The notes beneath the pieces were generated by a model. That model saw only the letters and a list, made by a program, of their open reading frames with translations. It was not told the origin of the DNA and ran no database searches. From the NCBI GenBank assembly GCA_038087875.1, contig CM075989.1, positions 4,588,001 to 4,652,000 on the forward strand: a stretch of DNA of 64,000 nucleotides, in the 5' to 3' direction. This stretch comes from Malacoraja senta. Taxonomy: Eukaryota. Position 1 is the stretch's first letter. Every line of letters begins with the position of its first letter. The translations under genes and the position numbers were made by a program. Below are positions 1 to 13,520 of this stretch, piece by piece.

Positions 1-3000
1 CGCACAGCTAGGGGAGGGCGTTTATTTTTGTGGGGGTGGGAAAGAGGATCGAAATGGGAGGGGGGTGGGGGTGTTGTTATGCGGGGAAATGCTAACCCCA
101 GTCAGTCCATATCATGTGAGAAAATGTTCATTCGTCAACATGGTGTCCGTCACAACAGTCTGAAGAAGGGTCTCGACCCATACTTTCTCTCCAGAGATGC
201 TGCCTGTCCAGCTGAGTTACTCCAGCATTTTGTGTCTATCTTCGGTTTAAACCAGCATCTGCATTTCCTTGCTACACAAGAACATGGCGACTGTTTTACA
301 GTCCCGTCTGTGTCGACGTAAATGATGCAATGGATCCCGAGATATAAAGCACGTTGAGCTTACTGACTCTTTGATCCGACTTTCAAAACAAGCTCGATCA
401 TGCCCCACCCATACAGCAGCCGTACCCAGGGGTTGGTTCCTCCATTGGGATCATCAGCTAATTGCAAGCTTCCAGGTGCTTCCAAAATTAACTGGATTTG
501 TGCACGTTTCAACATTCTTTTTCTTAACAGGAAAATCAAAGAGATGATTACCCTGTCCTAATACAACGAAGAAATGATTCTATATAGTTTTTTTAATAAA
601 GTCATTATCTATAATTTAGTTCTGTAATTTCACAGATGGTGGAGTGACACTGATTTAAGATGCTTACTTTAAACCAATTTCACCTACATTAATCAATTTT
701 GTTTTTCACCAAGATGTTCTTAAAAATAACAGGGGATGTTTTTAAATAATTTTCTAAAGAGCACATCTTAAAATTGCCCCAGTTCATGACAGGTTAAACG
801 TGAGTGGATTTATAAATGGATCAGGGTGGGGTGGTGAAAAGGTTCTCGCGGTTAAATTGGACGCAAATTTGGACATACTTTCTACCAGAGTCGCTGTTTG
901 CGCTCAAAAAGTATATTTTACATTGGAGAATTGAACTATCGGCCATATTAACAGCCAACATAAATTGGGAGCTTGTTATAAGCCACGCCTGACTACCCAT
1001 AGCTATTTACGAAGGAAGGAACTGCAGATGCTGGTTTACACCGTAGACACAAAATGTTGGAGTAACTTAGCGGGACAAGCATTATCACTGGAGAAAAGGA
1101 ATATTGTTTCAATTTATTAGTTCAATTTTTTTTTACAAGGATAAAATCACTAGGGGCAATTATACAAACAGAAACGCACGCACCTCATCCCATACATATT
1201 TACTACTATATCATTTTTTTGGGCGACTGATTAAGCATCACAAGACAATTCCTTCAATCCAGAGATACTGCCTATCCCGCTGAGTTACTCCAGAGTCTAT
1301 CTTCGGCCATACCAATTTATAGCAGATTAAAAGTTAGCATCAGTATCTAAAAAAATCTCAAAGCATACTCAATTCATGTCATGTATCTCAATTCATATTT
1401 AAAATGAACGTCTATGGAGGTTGTTCCGAAATTCATCCACGCCAATCGGAGATCGAAAAATACAAATAGGAACTTCTCTTCCATTAGACATTGCTTTGGC
1501 CCGAATATCATGTCCTTTTCTGTGTCTTTTGGTGCGAATGCATGGTCTGACCATTTCCAAATCAGCCCATCATACACACAAATCTTTGTTCGCTCGTCTG
1601 TACAATCGATGCATCTCATCCGACGGTGGAAAATAAAAATTGAGGAGAAGTAACTCGTGACAATAGTAATAAAGTACAAAGTGACTGAAAGTCGAGGTTC
1701 TTCCCTAACGAAGTTCCATGGCCAAAAATCAATATTACCGGCCATATGCTTCAAGTCTTCATCAAATTATCTCTGACCAATGGACCTAAAAGGCAAAGTC
1801 TGGTAATCCATTCCAACTTTCACCCAGATGTCATGTCTTCCATCTTATCTCCAAGACTCAGGCCCTTGCAACGTTCGTGTCGTGGTGTTATTGGGGTTCC
1901 CTCTGCGATTAGAGGCAAGCCCTCCGTGATAAGGTCACTCTTCAGTTGACTCTCCCATGCCAAATCTGGAAAATAACACATGAAAGACAATTTTAAAAAT
2001 CGCATTAATTACAAGTTTAATAGCAAAGGACTTGGGCATTTTTGATATTAACAATCCGCATAAAGACGTGTGTTAACAATCTTGGCACAACTGGATGGAC
2101 ACAAAATGCGGGCGTAACTCGGCGGGACAGGCAGCATTTCTGGATTGAAGGAATGGGTGGTCACGATTTCGTTTTCAGAGCACATTTGAACGTAACATTA
2201 GGTCAACCATAGCAGTATTATGACCTGTGGAATAATTTCCTATATATTTTTACATCCAGGTATCAACACAAACTGGACATTTTCTAAGAGACAAAATGAA
2301 CTGCTGATGCTGGAACCTTGATCAAAATACGTAGTGCTGGATGGATTCGGCGGCCAGGCAGCATCTATGGATGGGGTGGAGAGGCGACGTTTCGTGTCGG
2401 GACCCTTTCTCAGTCTGCTCATTGCCTGACCCGCGGAGTTATCCTGTCACTTTGTGTGTTTCTGGACATATCTGAGTTCGTATAATGAAACTGAAAACAC
2501 AATTTTAAAGGGTCTAAAGTCTAAAGGTGGTAAAGTGTAAACAATCCGAATCATTCGTTATTACTTTCGGAAGGGGATTGATGGAAGATGGACGTTGTAA
2601 GCTTGGATAGACACAACACGCTGGAGTAACTAAGCGGGGCAGGCAGCATCTCTGGGGAGAAGAAATGGTTGAGATGGAAACGATTGCACAAGAAGTTCCT
2701 CCAGCACTTTGTTATGCAGTAAATACGACCAGAAAACTAAACTGTGGGGTTAGCGTTCGCGTTTCATTCTCCAAACTGCGGCACAGATACAATATTTTCT
2801 TTTTAAAAGAAAACTTCAATTGCATGATTTTATTAGGAGATCGAAAAGGGAAAAGACAACGATATCAAGGAATCGAGTGAACAGGAAGACGAAGCAAGCG
2901 ATCCCAATCACGAATGACGCCTATAGAATTGCACCAATATAGAACCAGCGTGCCATTCTGATGGTTGGTACTTAATTGGAACCTGAGGGATAACTGTTTC

Positions 3001-4813
3001 ACACAAATGGTGATGGGTGTATGGAACGAGCTGCCTGAGGAGGTGGTTGAGGCAGGTGCTATCGCAACGTTTAAGAAACATTTAGACAGCTACATGGATA
3101 GACGCAAAAATCTGCAGTAACTTCCGTGGGTCAGATAGCATCCCTGGAGAGAAGGAATAGGTGACGTTTCGGGTCGAACCCCGTCTTTTAGAGAGATAGT
3201 GAGTCAAACGCAAGCAGGCGAGACTAGTGTAGATGGGACATGTTGGTCAGTGTGGGCAAGTTGGGCCGAAGAGGCTCTATGACTCTATAACTTCTGAGAC
3301 CAGTACCCGATTTTAACCCGTCTTTACATATTTATCTATGTATGTCTGACCAAAGTCTTCCTCAAAGACACTGTATTCTGCAAATTGACCAAACAAACTG
3401 TGCAATCAGACCGTGGAGGACGCAGGCAATCTGTTCTTAATTGATCATTTAAACTGTCTTACTCTGGTTGCGCAGATCCATTCCGGAGCTACAGTCTGAA
3501 GAAGGGTCCCGACCCTAAACATCACCCATCCCTTTTCTCCAGACTGACCCGCTGAGTTACTCCAGCATTTTACTCCAGTGCTATCCTACTCCAGTATAAG
3601 CACCGCTTAAAGATGGCCAGCTCATACATGCAGGTGTACGACATTGGGTAAATTTGGGTCGGGTAAATCGACTAGTATCTCTCAGTGGACGACAACATGA
3701 GCTGTCTTTCGATCGATATGAAGTCTCATTTACACCTGCACTGGCTTCATATCTTTACTACGAATTAACAACCCGGCCGGTCTGAAGAAGGGTCTCCACC
3801 CGAAACGTCACCTATTCCTTCTCTCCAGAGATGCTGCCTGACCCGCTAAATTACTCCAGCTTTTGTGTCTATCTTCGGTTTAAACCAATATCTGCAGATG
3901 CTTCCTACACCGTAGCGGTGATGTGATTTCTCCTTTGGTGCAAATGGAGATTGATTTTCCATTGAACAGATTGACTCACAACTGTCAATACACGTTAACT
4001 GCCCACTAGGATTTATCCTTGCGGGGGGAGCTGTGAGCTAATTAAAGATCTCGTCTTGCGGGTTAATTAAGTCTTTATCCCCGAGTCCAGAATGTAACCT
4101 GCTGGATCGTTCTCCGCTGCTTTACCAATGAATCTATTCATAGGGTGAATACTTTACAACAATGCAAATATAGGTCACATGCTGGAGATATTCAGAGTCC
4201 AAGTAGTAGTGCGCGTCATTATGGTTTGTTTTTGCGCTTGATCCATGAATATATATTGCAGTCATCTCCACTTTCCGTAATCCGTTTAATATTCCCACAC
4301 TACAAACAGCTAACAATGGCCTGTTTCCTTTATCATCGTTACTTTTTTTTGCATATCTTACATTCATTGTTCTTTATCTCTTCACATCACTGTCTATATC
4401 TCTGGTTTCCCTTATCCTTAACCAGTCTGAAGAAGGGTCTTGACCAGAATCGTCACCCATTCCTTATCTCCAGAGAAGCTGCCTGTCCGCTGAATTACTC
4501 CAGCCTTTTGTGTCTATCTCCAGTAGTTCAGGACTGCTCACCAGTTGTAGTTAGGATGGTTCAGAAGAGCATCCTATTTATCCTATCTTTGCATCTTTCT
4601 CTCAAAATTCAACGCGCTCCAAGTTCCACATCTCCCTATCCTGTCCTCCAGTTTCTCCAAACTAAACTTTTCCAAATAATTAGCCGCACTGAAGACCACA
4701 ATATTTTGTTGTTGTTAGATTTGCATCAGATCCCATTTCGAAGAAACCTTCAAAGTCTAATTATTTTATTTTAGCTCCATTGGACATGTCTTGCACCAAG
4801 GTCTTGAGCCCAA

Positions 4814-6305
4814 TAGAGTCGTAGAGTCATAGTGATACAGTGTGGAAACAGGCCCTTTGGCCCAACTTGCCAACACCAGCTACACTAGTCCTATTTGTCT
4901 GCGCTTGGTCCATATCCCTCCAAACTTGTCTAACTGTTTCTTAAATGATGGGATAGTCCCAGCCTCAACTACCTCCTCTGGCAGCTTGTTCCATACACCC
5001 ACCACCCTTTATGTGAAAAAGTTACCCCTCGGATTCCTATAAAACCTTTTCCCCTTCGCCTTGAACCTATGTGCTCTGGTCCTCGATTCCCCTAATCAGG
5101 GCAAGAGACTGTGCATCTACCCGAACTATTCCACTCATGATCTGTACACCTCGATAAGATCACCCCTCATCCTCCTGCGCTCCACCTCCTACTCAACCTC
5201 TCCCTATAGTTCACACCCTCTAGTCCTGGCAACATCCTCGTAAATCTTTTCTGAACCCTTTCAAGCCTGACAATATCTTTCCTATAACATGGTGCCCAGA
5301 ACTGAACATAATATTCTAAATGCACTCACCAACGTCTTATACAACTGCAACATGACCTCCCAACTTCTATACTCAATACTCTGACTGATGAAGGTCAAAG
5401 TGCCAAAAGCCTTTTTGACCACCTTATCTACCTGCGACTCGACCTTCAAGGAGCCATGCACCTGTACTCCTAGATTCCTCTGCTCTACAACACTACCCAG
5501 AGGCCTACCATTTACTGTGTAGGTCGTGCCTTTGTTCGATGTCCCAAAACGCAACTCCTCACACTTTTCTGTATTAAATTCCATCAACCATTCCCCTGCC
5601 CACCTGGCCAATCGATCCAGATCCTGCTGCAATCGTTCACAACCATCTTCACTGTCTGCAAAACCACCAACTTTTGTATCATCAGCAAACTTGCTAATCA
5701 TGCCCTGTGTGTTCTCATCCAAATCATTAATGTAGATGACAAACAGTAACGGGCCCAGCACGAACCCTGAGGCACATCACTAGTCATAGGCCTCCAGTCT
5801 GAGAAGCAACCTTCCACCATCACCCTCTGCTACCTTCCATGGAGCCAATTTGCTATTCATTCAGCTATCTCTCCTTGGATACCAGGAGATCTAACCTTCC
5901 AGAGCAGCCTGCCATGCGGAACCTTGTCGAATGCCTTACTGAAGTCCATGTCACAACATCTACAGCTCTGCCCCCATCAACCTGTTGGTCACGTCTTCAA
6001 AAATATCAATCAGATTTGTGGGACACGACCTCCCACATCCAAAACCATGCTGACTATCCCGAATCAGCCCTTGCCCATCCAAATGCCTATATAACCTATC
6101 CCTCATAATACTTTCCAGTAAGTTACCACTACAGATGTTAAGCTCTATAGTTCTCAGCATTTTCCCTTCAGCCCTTCTTGAAAAGAGTCACAACATTTGC
6201 CACCCTCTAGTCTTCCGACCCCTTTCCTGTATTTAAGGACAGCTCTTAAATTTCAACCCGGGCTCCCGCAATTTGTTCCTTAGTTCCCGCAATGTCCTCG
6301 GATAT
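4814..6305 (-). mobile_element. CR1-clade (HER1-like) LINE, degenerate RT and 3' end
   Basis: QHGF, LGPLLFVIYINDLD, SKFADDTK, MEFNTEKC motifs with frameshifts; (gactctat)n-type tail at ~4815-4830. Confidence 0.92.
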
Positions 6306-9300
6306 ATCAAATGTATTGAAAATGAATCAGATTTACAGTGAAATAATTGTGTGCAGCATTACCGTCACTAAACTCCTCCCTTACTTGTGCAGGTAGGATC
6401 TGCAGATGCTGGTTTATACCGAAGAAAGACGCAAAATACTGGAGTTACTCAGCGGGTCAGGCAGCATTTCTGGAGAAAAGGAAAAGGTGCATTTTGGGTC
6501 AGAACCCTTCCTCAGACTGCAAGATAGAGAAGGCCAGAACAAACAGGGCCAGCAACAGATGACCCTTAGGAAGGGTGGTCCATATGGCCCATTGTTGGCT
6601 GGGGAAGAAGTGCTAACAGGGATAAAAGAAGGCGAAACACACATGGCTGTGGTAACAAGTCAGGGTTAAAATGTGCTGTTCTGTTCTATGTTACAAAGGG
6701 TTATTGAAGGTGGAGACAGTGATCCTATCTTCACCATCACGCTTCCCTTCCATATCAAATACTGCCTTATATAACTACACACAGTAGAATCACAGTGCTT
6801 CATCTTCCTAATATCTTCCATTGAATCCCAACATTTGGAAAAGAGAACCTAAATGACTTAGTTGAACATTCACATGGTGAACCCAAACGTCATTATTCTC
6901 CTGCTACTGTGTGATATTTCTTACATGAGTAATATGGCCGTTTTAATTCTAAGGAAAAACATTGAAGATAATGTCAATCTTTTTAAGTTCGTATGCATCC
7001 TGTTCTCATAATGTTGCCCATTACCATGTAAGCTGGTACTAAACTACAGGGAGATAATAAAATGTTCATGTTGGTTCTCTCTTTTATTCTCAGCGAGTGT
7101 GCAAGCCAGCTGGTCGTGCAGCTGATCAATATTGTTGTAAGACCTCTGTGACTGCATCACTGGAACAACCAATCTCCACCACTCTGGACATGGAAGCAGA
7201 AATAAACAAAGTCCAATAGCACCAGGATTTCCCCCAAGTCTCACAACAATCAAGGTGCTCAGTCGTCAATGGACTGCCAACATGGTAGTTCCTACGCAAG
7301 ATTATGGGAGCATCTTCACAGATTAATGGTTCGCAAAAAAGGCTCAGCACATCATCTCATTGACAATCAGAAATTGGAAGTGAAAAGCAGACTTGTCTGG
7401 GAAGGCAACATCTTAAGATTTTTTTAATATTGGAAGCTAGATCTCAAATCAATTTCTGTCTGTGTACTAAAACATAGAAACAAAGAATTGTAGATGCTGG
7501 TTTATACCAAACATAGACGCACAGTGCTGGCGTAACTCAGCAGGTCAGGTAGCATGCCTGGAGAAAAAGAATAGGTAACGTTTCAGGTCGGGATCCTACA
7601 GAGGTGCTGTCTGACCCGCTGACTTACTCCAGCACTTTGCATCTGTCTTCTGTCTGTGTACTATTTGAAATCTCTAAGTGCACTGATAGTGACGAAGGAG
7701 AATGTCTCCTTGGATTACAATTTCATAATCGCTGTATTCCGCGCAAATTATCACACAAGTTATAAACTCATCTTCATAGAAACAACTCAAAAATGGTCAC
7801 TGGTGTTCTCCCTCGAGTATATATATCGAGGTTTCGTGATCTAGAAGCTATCACCCCTCCAGCAACAACTATAGATCATTTTTTATCCTGAGTTGGGGAA
7901 TCAAGAACCAGAGAATATGGGTTTAAGGTGAGAGGGGAAAGATTTAATAACAACCTTTGGGACAACCTTTTCACTCAATGGGTAGTGGGTAATGGAATGA
8001 GCTGCCAGAGGAGATAGTTGAGCCAGGTACAATAACAAAATTTAAGAGACCAATATACATTTAATAAGTACATGGAAAGGTTAAGAGGGATATGGACCAA
8101 ATGCAGGCAATTGGGACTAGCTTAGATGGGGCACCTTGTTTAGTATCGACGAGATGGGCTAAAGGACTTGTTTCTGTGCTGTATGACACTATGACCATCA
8201 TCCAATATAATTTTGCATCTAGTTTACTGAGAAAGGGCGACAAAATGTTGTCTATGCCAGCAACACCCCATATAATTAACATAAAAGACAAAAGTGCTTG
8301 ATTATTGCGAGTATATTTCACAGTGAGTGGTGGGTATATGGAATGAGATATATGCCAGAGGAGGTAGGTCCATTGTGGGGAAAGGTTCAGAGGGACATGG
8401 GCCAAATGCAAGCAAACGGGACGTGTAGATGGGACATGTTGGGCCGAAGGAGCTGTTACCGTGCTGTATGAATCAATGATGTTTCCAAATTTCACCACAC
8501 AACTTATTTAAAGAAGAATCATGTGTGTGTGTGTGGGGGGGGGTAGGGGTGGCATTTGGCACTAGGATTGTCCTGACTGGACTAGGTTACACCTTAGTTA
8601 CGATACAGTTCAGGTACATATTGAAGCTATATCCACGACCAGACGGTTTTGATATTGTACTGCAGAAAACCCACATATCAAAAAATGAGCCCAGTTGTGT
8701 ATGGAATTCCACCAACACCTTTTCACCAATGAAATTGCAAGAAATACAGGGGGATTTAATGGTTCTGATGCTCCCAGGATTGAACAAAATGATTCCTGCA
8801 ATTTGCTGGGATGTGCAGTTTAGCAGCCATTATAAACCTATTAGAACATGATAACTACAGCATAGGAAGAGGCCCTTCGGCCCACTGCATTGATGATCAT
8901 GATCATCGATCACGATGCCAAGCTACACTAACCTCTTCTGCCTGCACATCCTCAAACCTATGTGCCTATCAAAAACTGACCGACTTTGGTGCCTTCCCTC
9001 ACAGTGGGAAACTTTTGATTCTGCTGTGTGGGGATGTTTTACGTTGAACTCTATCGTGTGTTGTATTCTTTATTTTATTGTATGGCTGTATGGTGATCAC
9101 ATTTCACGGTGCCAACTGGCACATGTGACAAATAAATGTATCTTGTAAAAGCCTCTTAAACGCCACTATGGTATGTGCCTCCACCACCACCCCTGGCAAC
9201 ACGTTCCAGGCATCCACCACCCTCTGCCTAAAATAACTTGACCTACACATGTCCAGGAAATGTTGTCCCTCTGACCTTAAAGCTATGCCCTCTAGTCTTT

Positions 9301-9775
9301 GACATTTCTACTCTGGGGCAAAAGGTTCCGACTGTCTACCCTATCCATGCCTCTCACAATGTCATATATTTCTATCAGGTCTGCCCTCAACCATTGGCGT
9401 TTTGCAGAGAAAACAATCCAAGTTTGCCCAACGATTAGCACTCTTTGTAGCTAATATCCCCTGATCCAGGCAGAAATCTGATATAGATCAGTACCACGAG
9501 ATATTAAAGTTGAATATCATTTTAACCAACATTCCTGAATAGTTATCATAATCATCCAAACCTGGCAGTTTTTTAAATTTAACATTTAATTGCAGCACCA
9601 GAACCCATCAAGTAATTTGCCTACCTGTACCAATTCATGCTTGCATACATTGTAATTTACCTTTTAGAATCTACACTAATTCATCATTCCAAAACTGTTC
9701 ACTGTGCATCGGTATACATGACAATAAACTAAACTAGACAACTATTTGGTACAACAATAAGCAACTAAAATCAGT

Positions 9776-10025
9776 TAGCCCACTGCTAACAATGTCCTCT
9801 ACCTTTATATCGATACTTTTTTGCATATCTTTCATTCATTTGCTCTATATCTCTCTATATCACTGTCTATATCTCTCATTTTCCTGACTTTCAGTCTGAA
9901 GATGGGTCTCGACGTGAAATGTCACTTATTCCTCTACTCCAGAGATGCTGCCTGCCCGCTGAGTTACTTCAGCTTTTTGTGTCTATCTTCGGTTTAAACC
10001 AGCATCTGCAGTTCCTTCTTACACA
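9776..10025 (+). mobile_element. Penelope-derived short element with 10-bp TSD
   Basis: TSD taaaatcagt at 9766-9775 and 10026-10035. Confidence 0.8.
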
Positions 10026-11567
10026 TAAAATCAGTCTTTGCTTGCTCTTAGGTCAAAATTCACATTGTTCTGTACATTGAACAGCACATTACAAGTGAAA
10101 TGCTCTTCCACGAACCACAGCAAAGTCTAATGACCCTCCCATCTCTTAATTTAAAGTAAAATTCCAATAGACCACACAAACAGGAGGGATCAGTTTCTAT
10201 TTATTAACCGGTTTCATTGAAAGCATATTCTAAACCAGACTCTCCAATCTTCCCCCATTTTGGCCCTGTGAAATCAATAACAAGCAGGAATAAGATTTAA
10301 AAAAAAGGAAATTTGAGTCACAGACTGTCCTCTTCCTTTGAAATGCAAAGCTTGGAAAGGAGGATTTGAATCATCGATATCTAAACACCATTCAAGGCCT
10401 GTCCATCAGGTACAGAGATTTGTTCCCCAGCTTATCACGTTCTATTGCATGGAACTAAATTGAGGGACACTTCACTGTGGAACAAAGGCACCCAACCCCT
10501 GCGAGCAACACCCTCTTAATCTGCAAAACACCTCATGCCGCCCTGAACATTGCAAATCCCTCCACCATCTGTTCCAACTGTAGCCAAATAGGAAGAGACC
10601 AACTCCCCAGACACTGCTAACTCTTCCAGGAGCAAACTAGAATGTTTTTAAAAATCTCTCGAACAAACTGGTGAGCTGGGTTGGAATCGACACCCACTTC
10701 CACAGATCAAATTTGATCCATTTGTTCAACTAATTAACATTTCTAAACGTATATGATATATGCCAATTAATTTTGAATGCACAGCTTTTCACCCAGAGTA
10801 GGTGAATCAAGAACCAGAGGACCAAGGTTTAAATTGAGAGGAGAAAGATTTGTTAGGAAATTGAGAGGCAACTTTTGCACATAGACAGTGCTGGGTAATG
10901 GAACAAACTACCTGAGGAGCAAGTTGAGGCAGATACTATAACTCCATTTAAAAGACATTTGGACAGGTGTATGGATACGGGTTTTGACAGATATGAGCAG
11001 AACCTCAAATATATGTATCCATTCTCACCTATTATCATATCTATTAAAAACTTTCTTGAAGCGAGGTCAAACATTGTCCATGGATGATAATCTTGATCAA
11101 GGTTTTCAAGAGACTATTAAATATCATGTTGATAGACACAGATGATTCAAGAATACCAAGGGCTAGTTCCGAAAATAACTCACTCGCCCTCAGCTAACAA
11201 TGGGCTGTTCCCTTTATCATAATTACTTTTTTGCATATCTTTCACTCATTTGTTTTATGTCTCTGTATCACCGTCTATATCTCTCATTTGCCTTTCCCCT
11301 GATTCTCAGTCTGAAGAAACATCTGGACCCGAAACATCACCGATACCTTTTCTCCAAAGATGCTGTCTGACCCGCTGAGTTACTCCAGCTTTTTGTGTCT
11401 ATCTTCTAAAAAGGTCATGTCCAATTGACATGAATGAAATATTTAGGTTGGTAACAAGGAAGGCTGATGAGGATAGCACATTTTAATTAGTCTACATGGG
11501 TATCACAATGTGTTTAATAAGGTCCTGGCTAGCAACTAAAGAGAAAATTGAAATAAAATAGGAAATT

Positions 11568-11842
11568 GGAGGAGTCTATACCCCAGCGGCATGAACATTG
11601 ACTTCTCCAATTTCCAGTAGCCCTTATTGTCTCCTCCCCTTCTCAGCTCTCCCTCAGCCCTCTGGCTCCTCCTCTTCCTTTCTTCTTCCCGTCCCCCCCA
11701 CCCCCCTACCCTACATCAGTCTGAAGAAGGGTTTCGGCCCGAAACTTTGCCTATTTCCTTCATAGATGCTGCCGCGCCCGCTGAGTTTCTCCAGCACTTT
11801 TGTCTACCTTCGATTTTGCAGCATCTGCAGTTCCTTCTTAAA
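11568..11842 (+). mobile_element. Penelope-like element 3' end, subfamily B
   Basis: SLYPSGMNIDFSNFQ* ORF end, then ctgaagaagggtttcggcccgaaac and the ...gctgagtttctccagc... tail. Confidence 0.8.
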
Positions 11843-13169
11843 TATAATAGGCAAGGTGGATGTAAAATTGGCTCAGTGACAGGATGCAAAGAATAATGAT
11901 CAACATATGTTTAATGTTTGGGAAGATGTTTACTTGGGGGTTCCACAGGGCTTAGCGGTAGGTCCCTTGCCCTTTGTGGTATACCTAAATCATTTAGAAT
12001 TAATTTATGGAGCACATTTAAGAAGTTTGCAGGTGATTCAAAAATTGGCCATGTTGTTGACAGCGAAAAGGACACCTGTGTTGAACAGAGATGTAGCAAT
12101 GTATTGGTCAGATAGATGAGGAACAAAATGAAAAATAACAACCAACAGGAAAAATGCAAGACAAAATATGCAGTAAATAGGATAAGCATTTTGCATATGC
12201 TTTACCTTTTCCGCATATTCAGGCTGTCTAAGCTGGTGTAGTCAAATAAATCTTTTTGAAATGCAATCGCTGTTACCAAGTCATACGTTTTTGGTATGAA
12301 TGTCATGAAGTTGTGGCTTGTGTGTGGTCCTGATTCAAGGAGCATTGACTCAGAAGTCAGATTGTTCATGAAAAGTGAGCTCGCAGGGAGATATAGAAAC
12401 CAAGTGAAAAATAAAAAATAAAAACATATAAAAAGGAAAATCTGCCCATTCAAGTCAGAAAATAAAGGGAATGTATTCACACTTTCCATACCAAGATGTC
12501 ACAATATGATGAGTTTGCTTGGTTTGATTAGGCTGGTACAGTGGCACAGCAGGTGAGTTGCTGCCTTTTACCGCCAGAGACTTAGGTTTGATCCTGACCA
12601 TGGGTGCTGCCAATACAGAGTTTGAACGTTCTCCATGTAACCGCGTAGGGTTTCTCCGGGCGCTCCAGCTTCCTCCCACTTTCCAAAGACGTGCAGGTTT
12701 GTAAGTTAATTGGCTTCTGTAAATTGTCCCTAGCATGTAGGGTAGAACTAGTGTACAGGTGATCCTGGTCAGCGTGGATTCGGTGGCCCCAAGGGCCTGT
12801 TTCCACACTGTATCTCTAACTTAAAATATAATACTATGCACCAAGAGAACAGTCCCCTCTTATTCAAAGAGTGCCATGCCATCTTTGGATACTGTTGGAA
12901 ATCAGCTTTTTGTGGATTCTGTGCTACTCGTGTTGTAGATCTAGGAAATATTCTGGTAAAATATAGACACAAGGAACTGTAGATACTGGTTTACGAAAAA
13001 AAAGACACAAAGCACTGGAGTAACTCAGCGGGCCAGGTTATCTCTGGACAACATGGATAGGTGACATTTTGGGTCAGGACCCTTCCTCAATCTGGTAAAT
13101 GCTAAGTCCAAGCTCTGCAGTACACAGGTAAACACTTCCCTCCAATATAAGCATACAGAAGTGAATTAT

Positions 13170-13520
13170 GGGACATGTAACATTATGGTTAAAGTACTGG
13201 TCTCATAGCCATGGTTCTTAACAATTGTTCCAGAGACATGGGTTTCAATTCTACTTATCAGCTCGGGAATTTAGATTCAAATAATGAAATACAGCTGGAA
13301 TTTTTTTTTTTAAGGCAATGGTCTCAGTAACACAAAACTACTAAACTGTTGTAAAACGCACATGTTTTACTAATGCCCTTCAGGGATGGAGATCTGTCTT
13401 TCTTACCCAGTGTAGCCTGTAAGAAACACCAAATCCACCCTATTGTTTGACATAACTCCTGCCTTAGCTCAGAAGGGATTAGGAATGCCACTGATTCCAG
13501 ACACATTCACAATCCGAGAA
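13170..13520 (+). mobile_element. old tRNA-derived SINE of a different chondrichthyan family
   Basis: Degenerate B box gggtttcaattct and core ttactaatgcccttcagggatggagatctgtc. Confidence 0.5.

Noticed and set aside
1..4200. miR-9 hairpin expected from synteny
   Set aside because: TCTTTGGTTATCTAGCTGTATGA was not seen on either strand.
4145..4774. 209-aa ORF
   Set aside because: Runs through a Penelope pLTR; LKKGLD..SRDAACP peptides recur throughout the ORF track as repeat translations.
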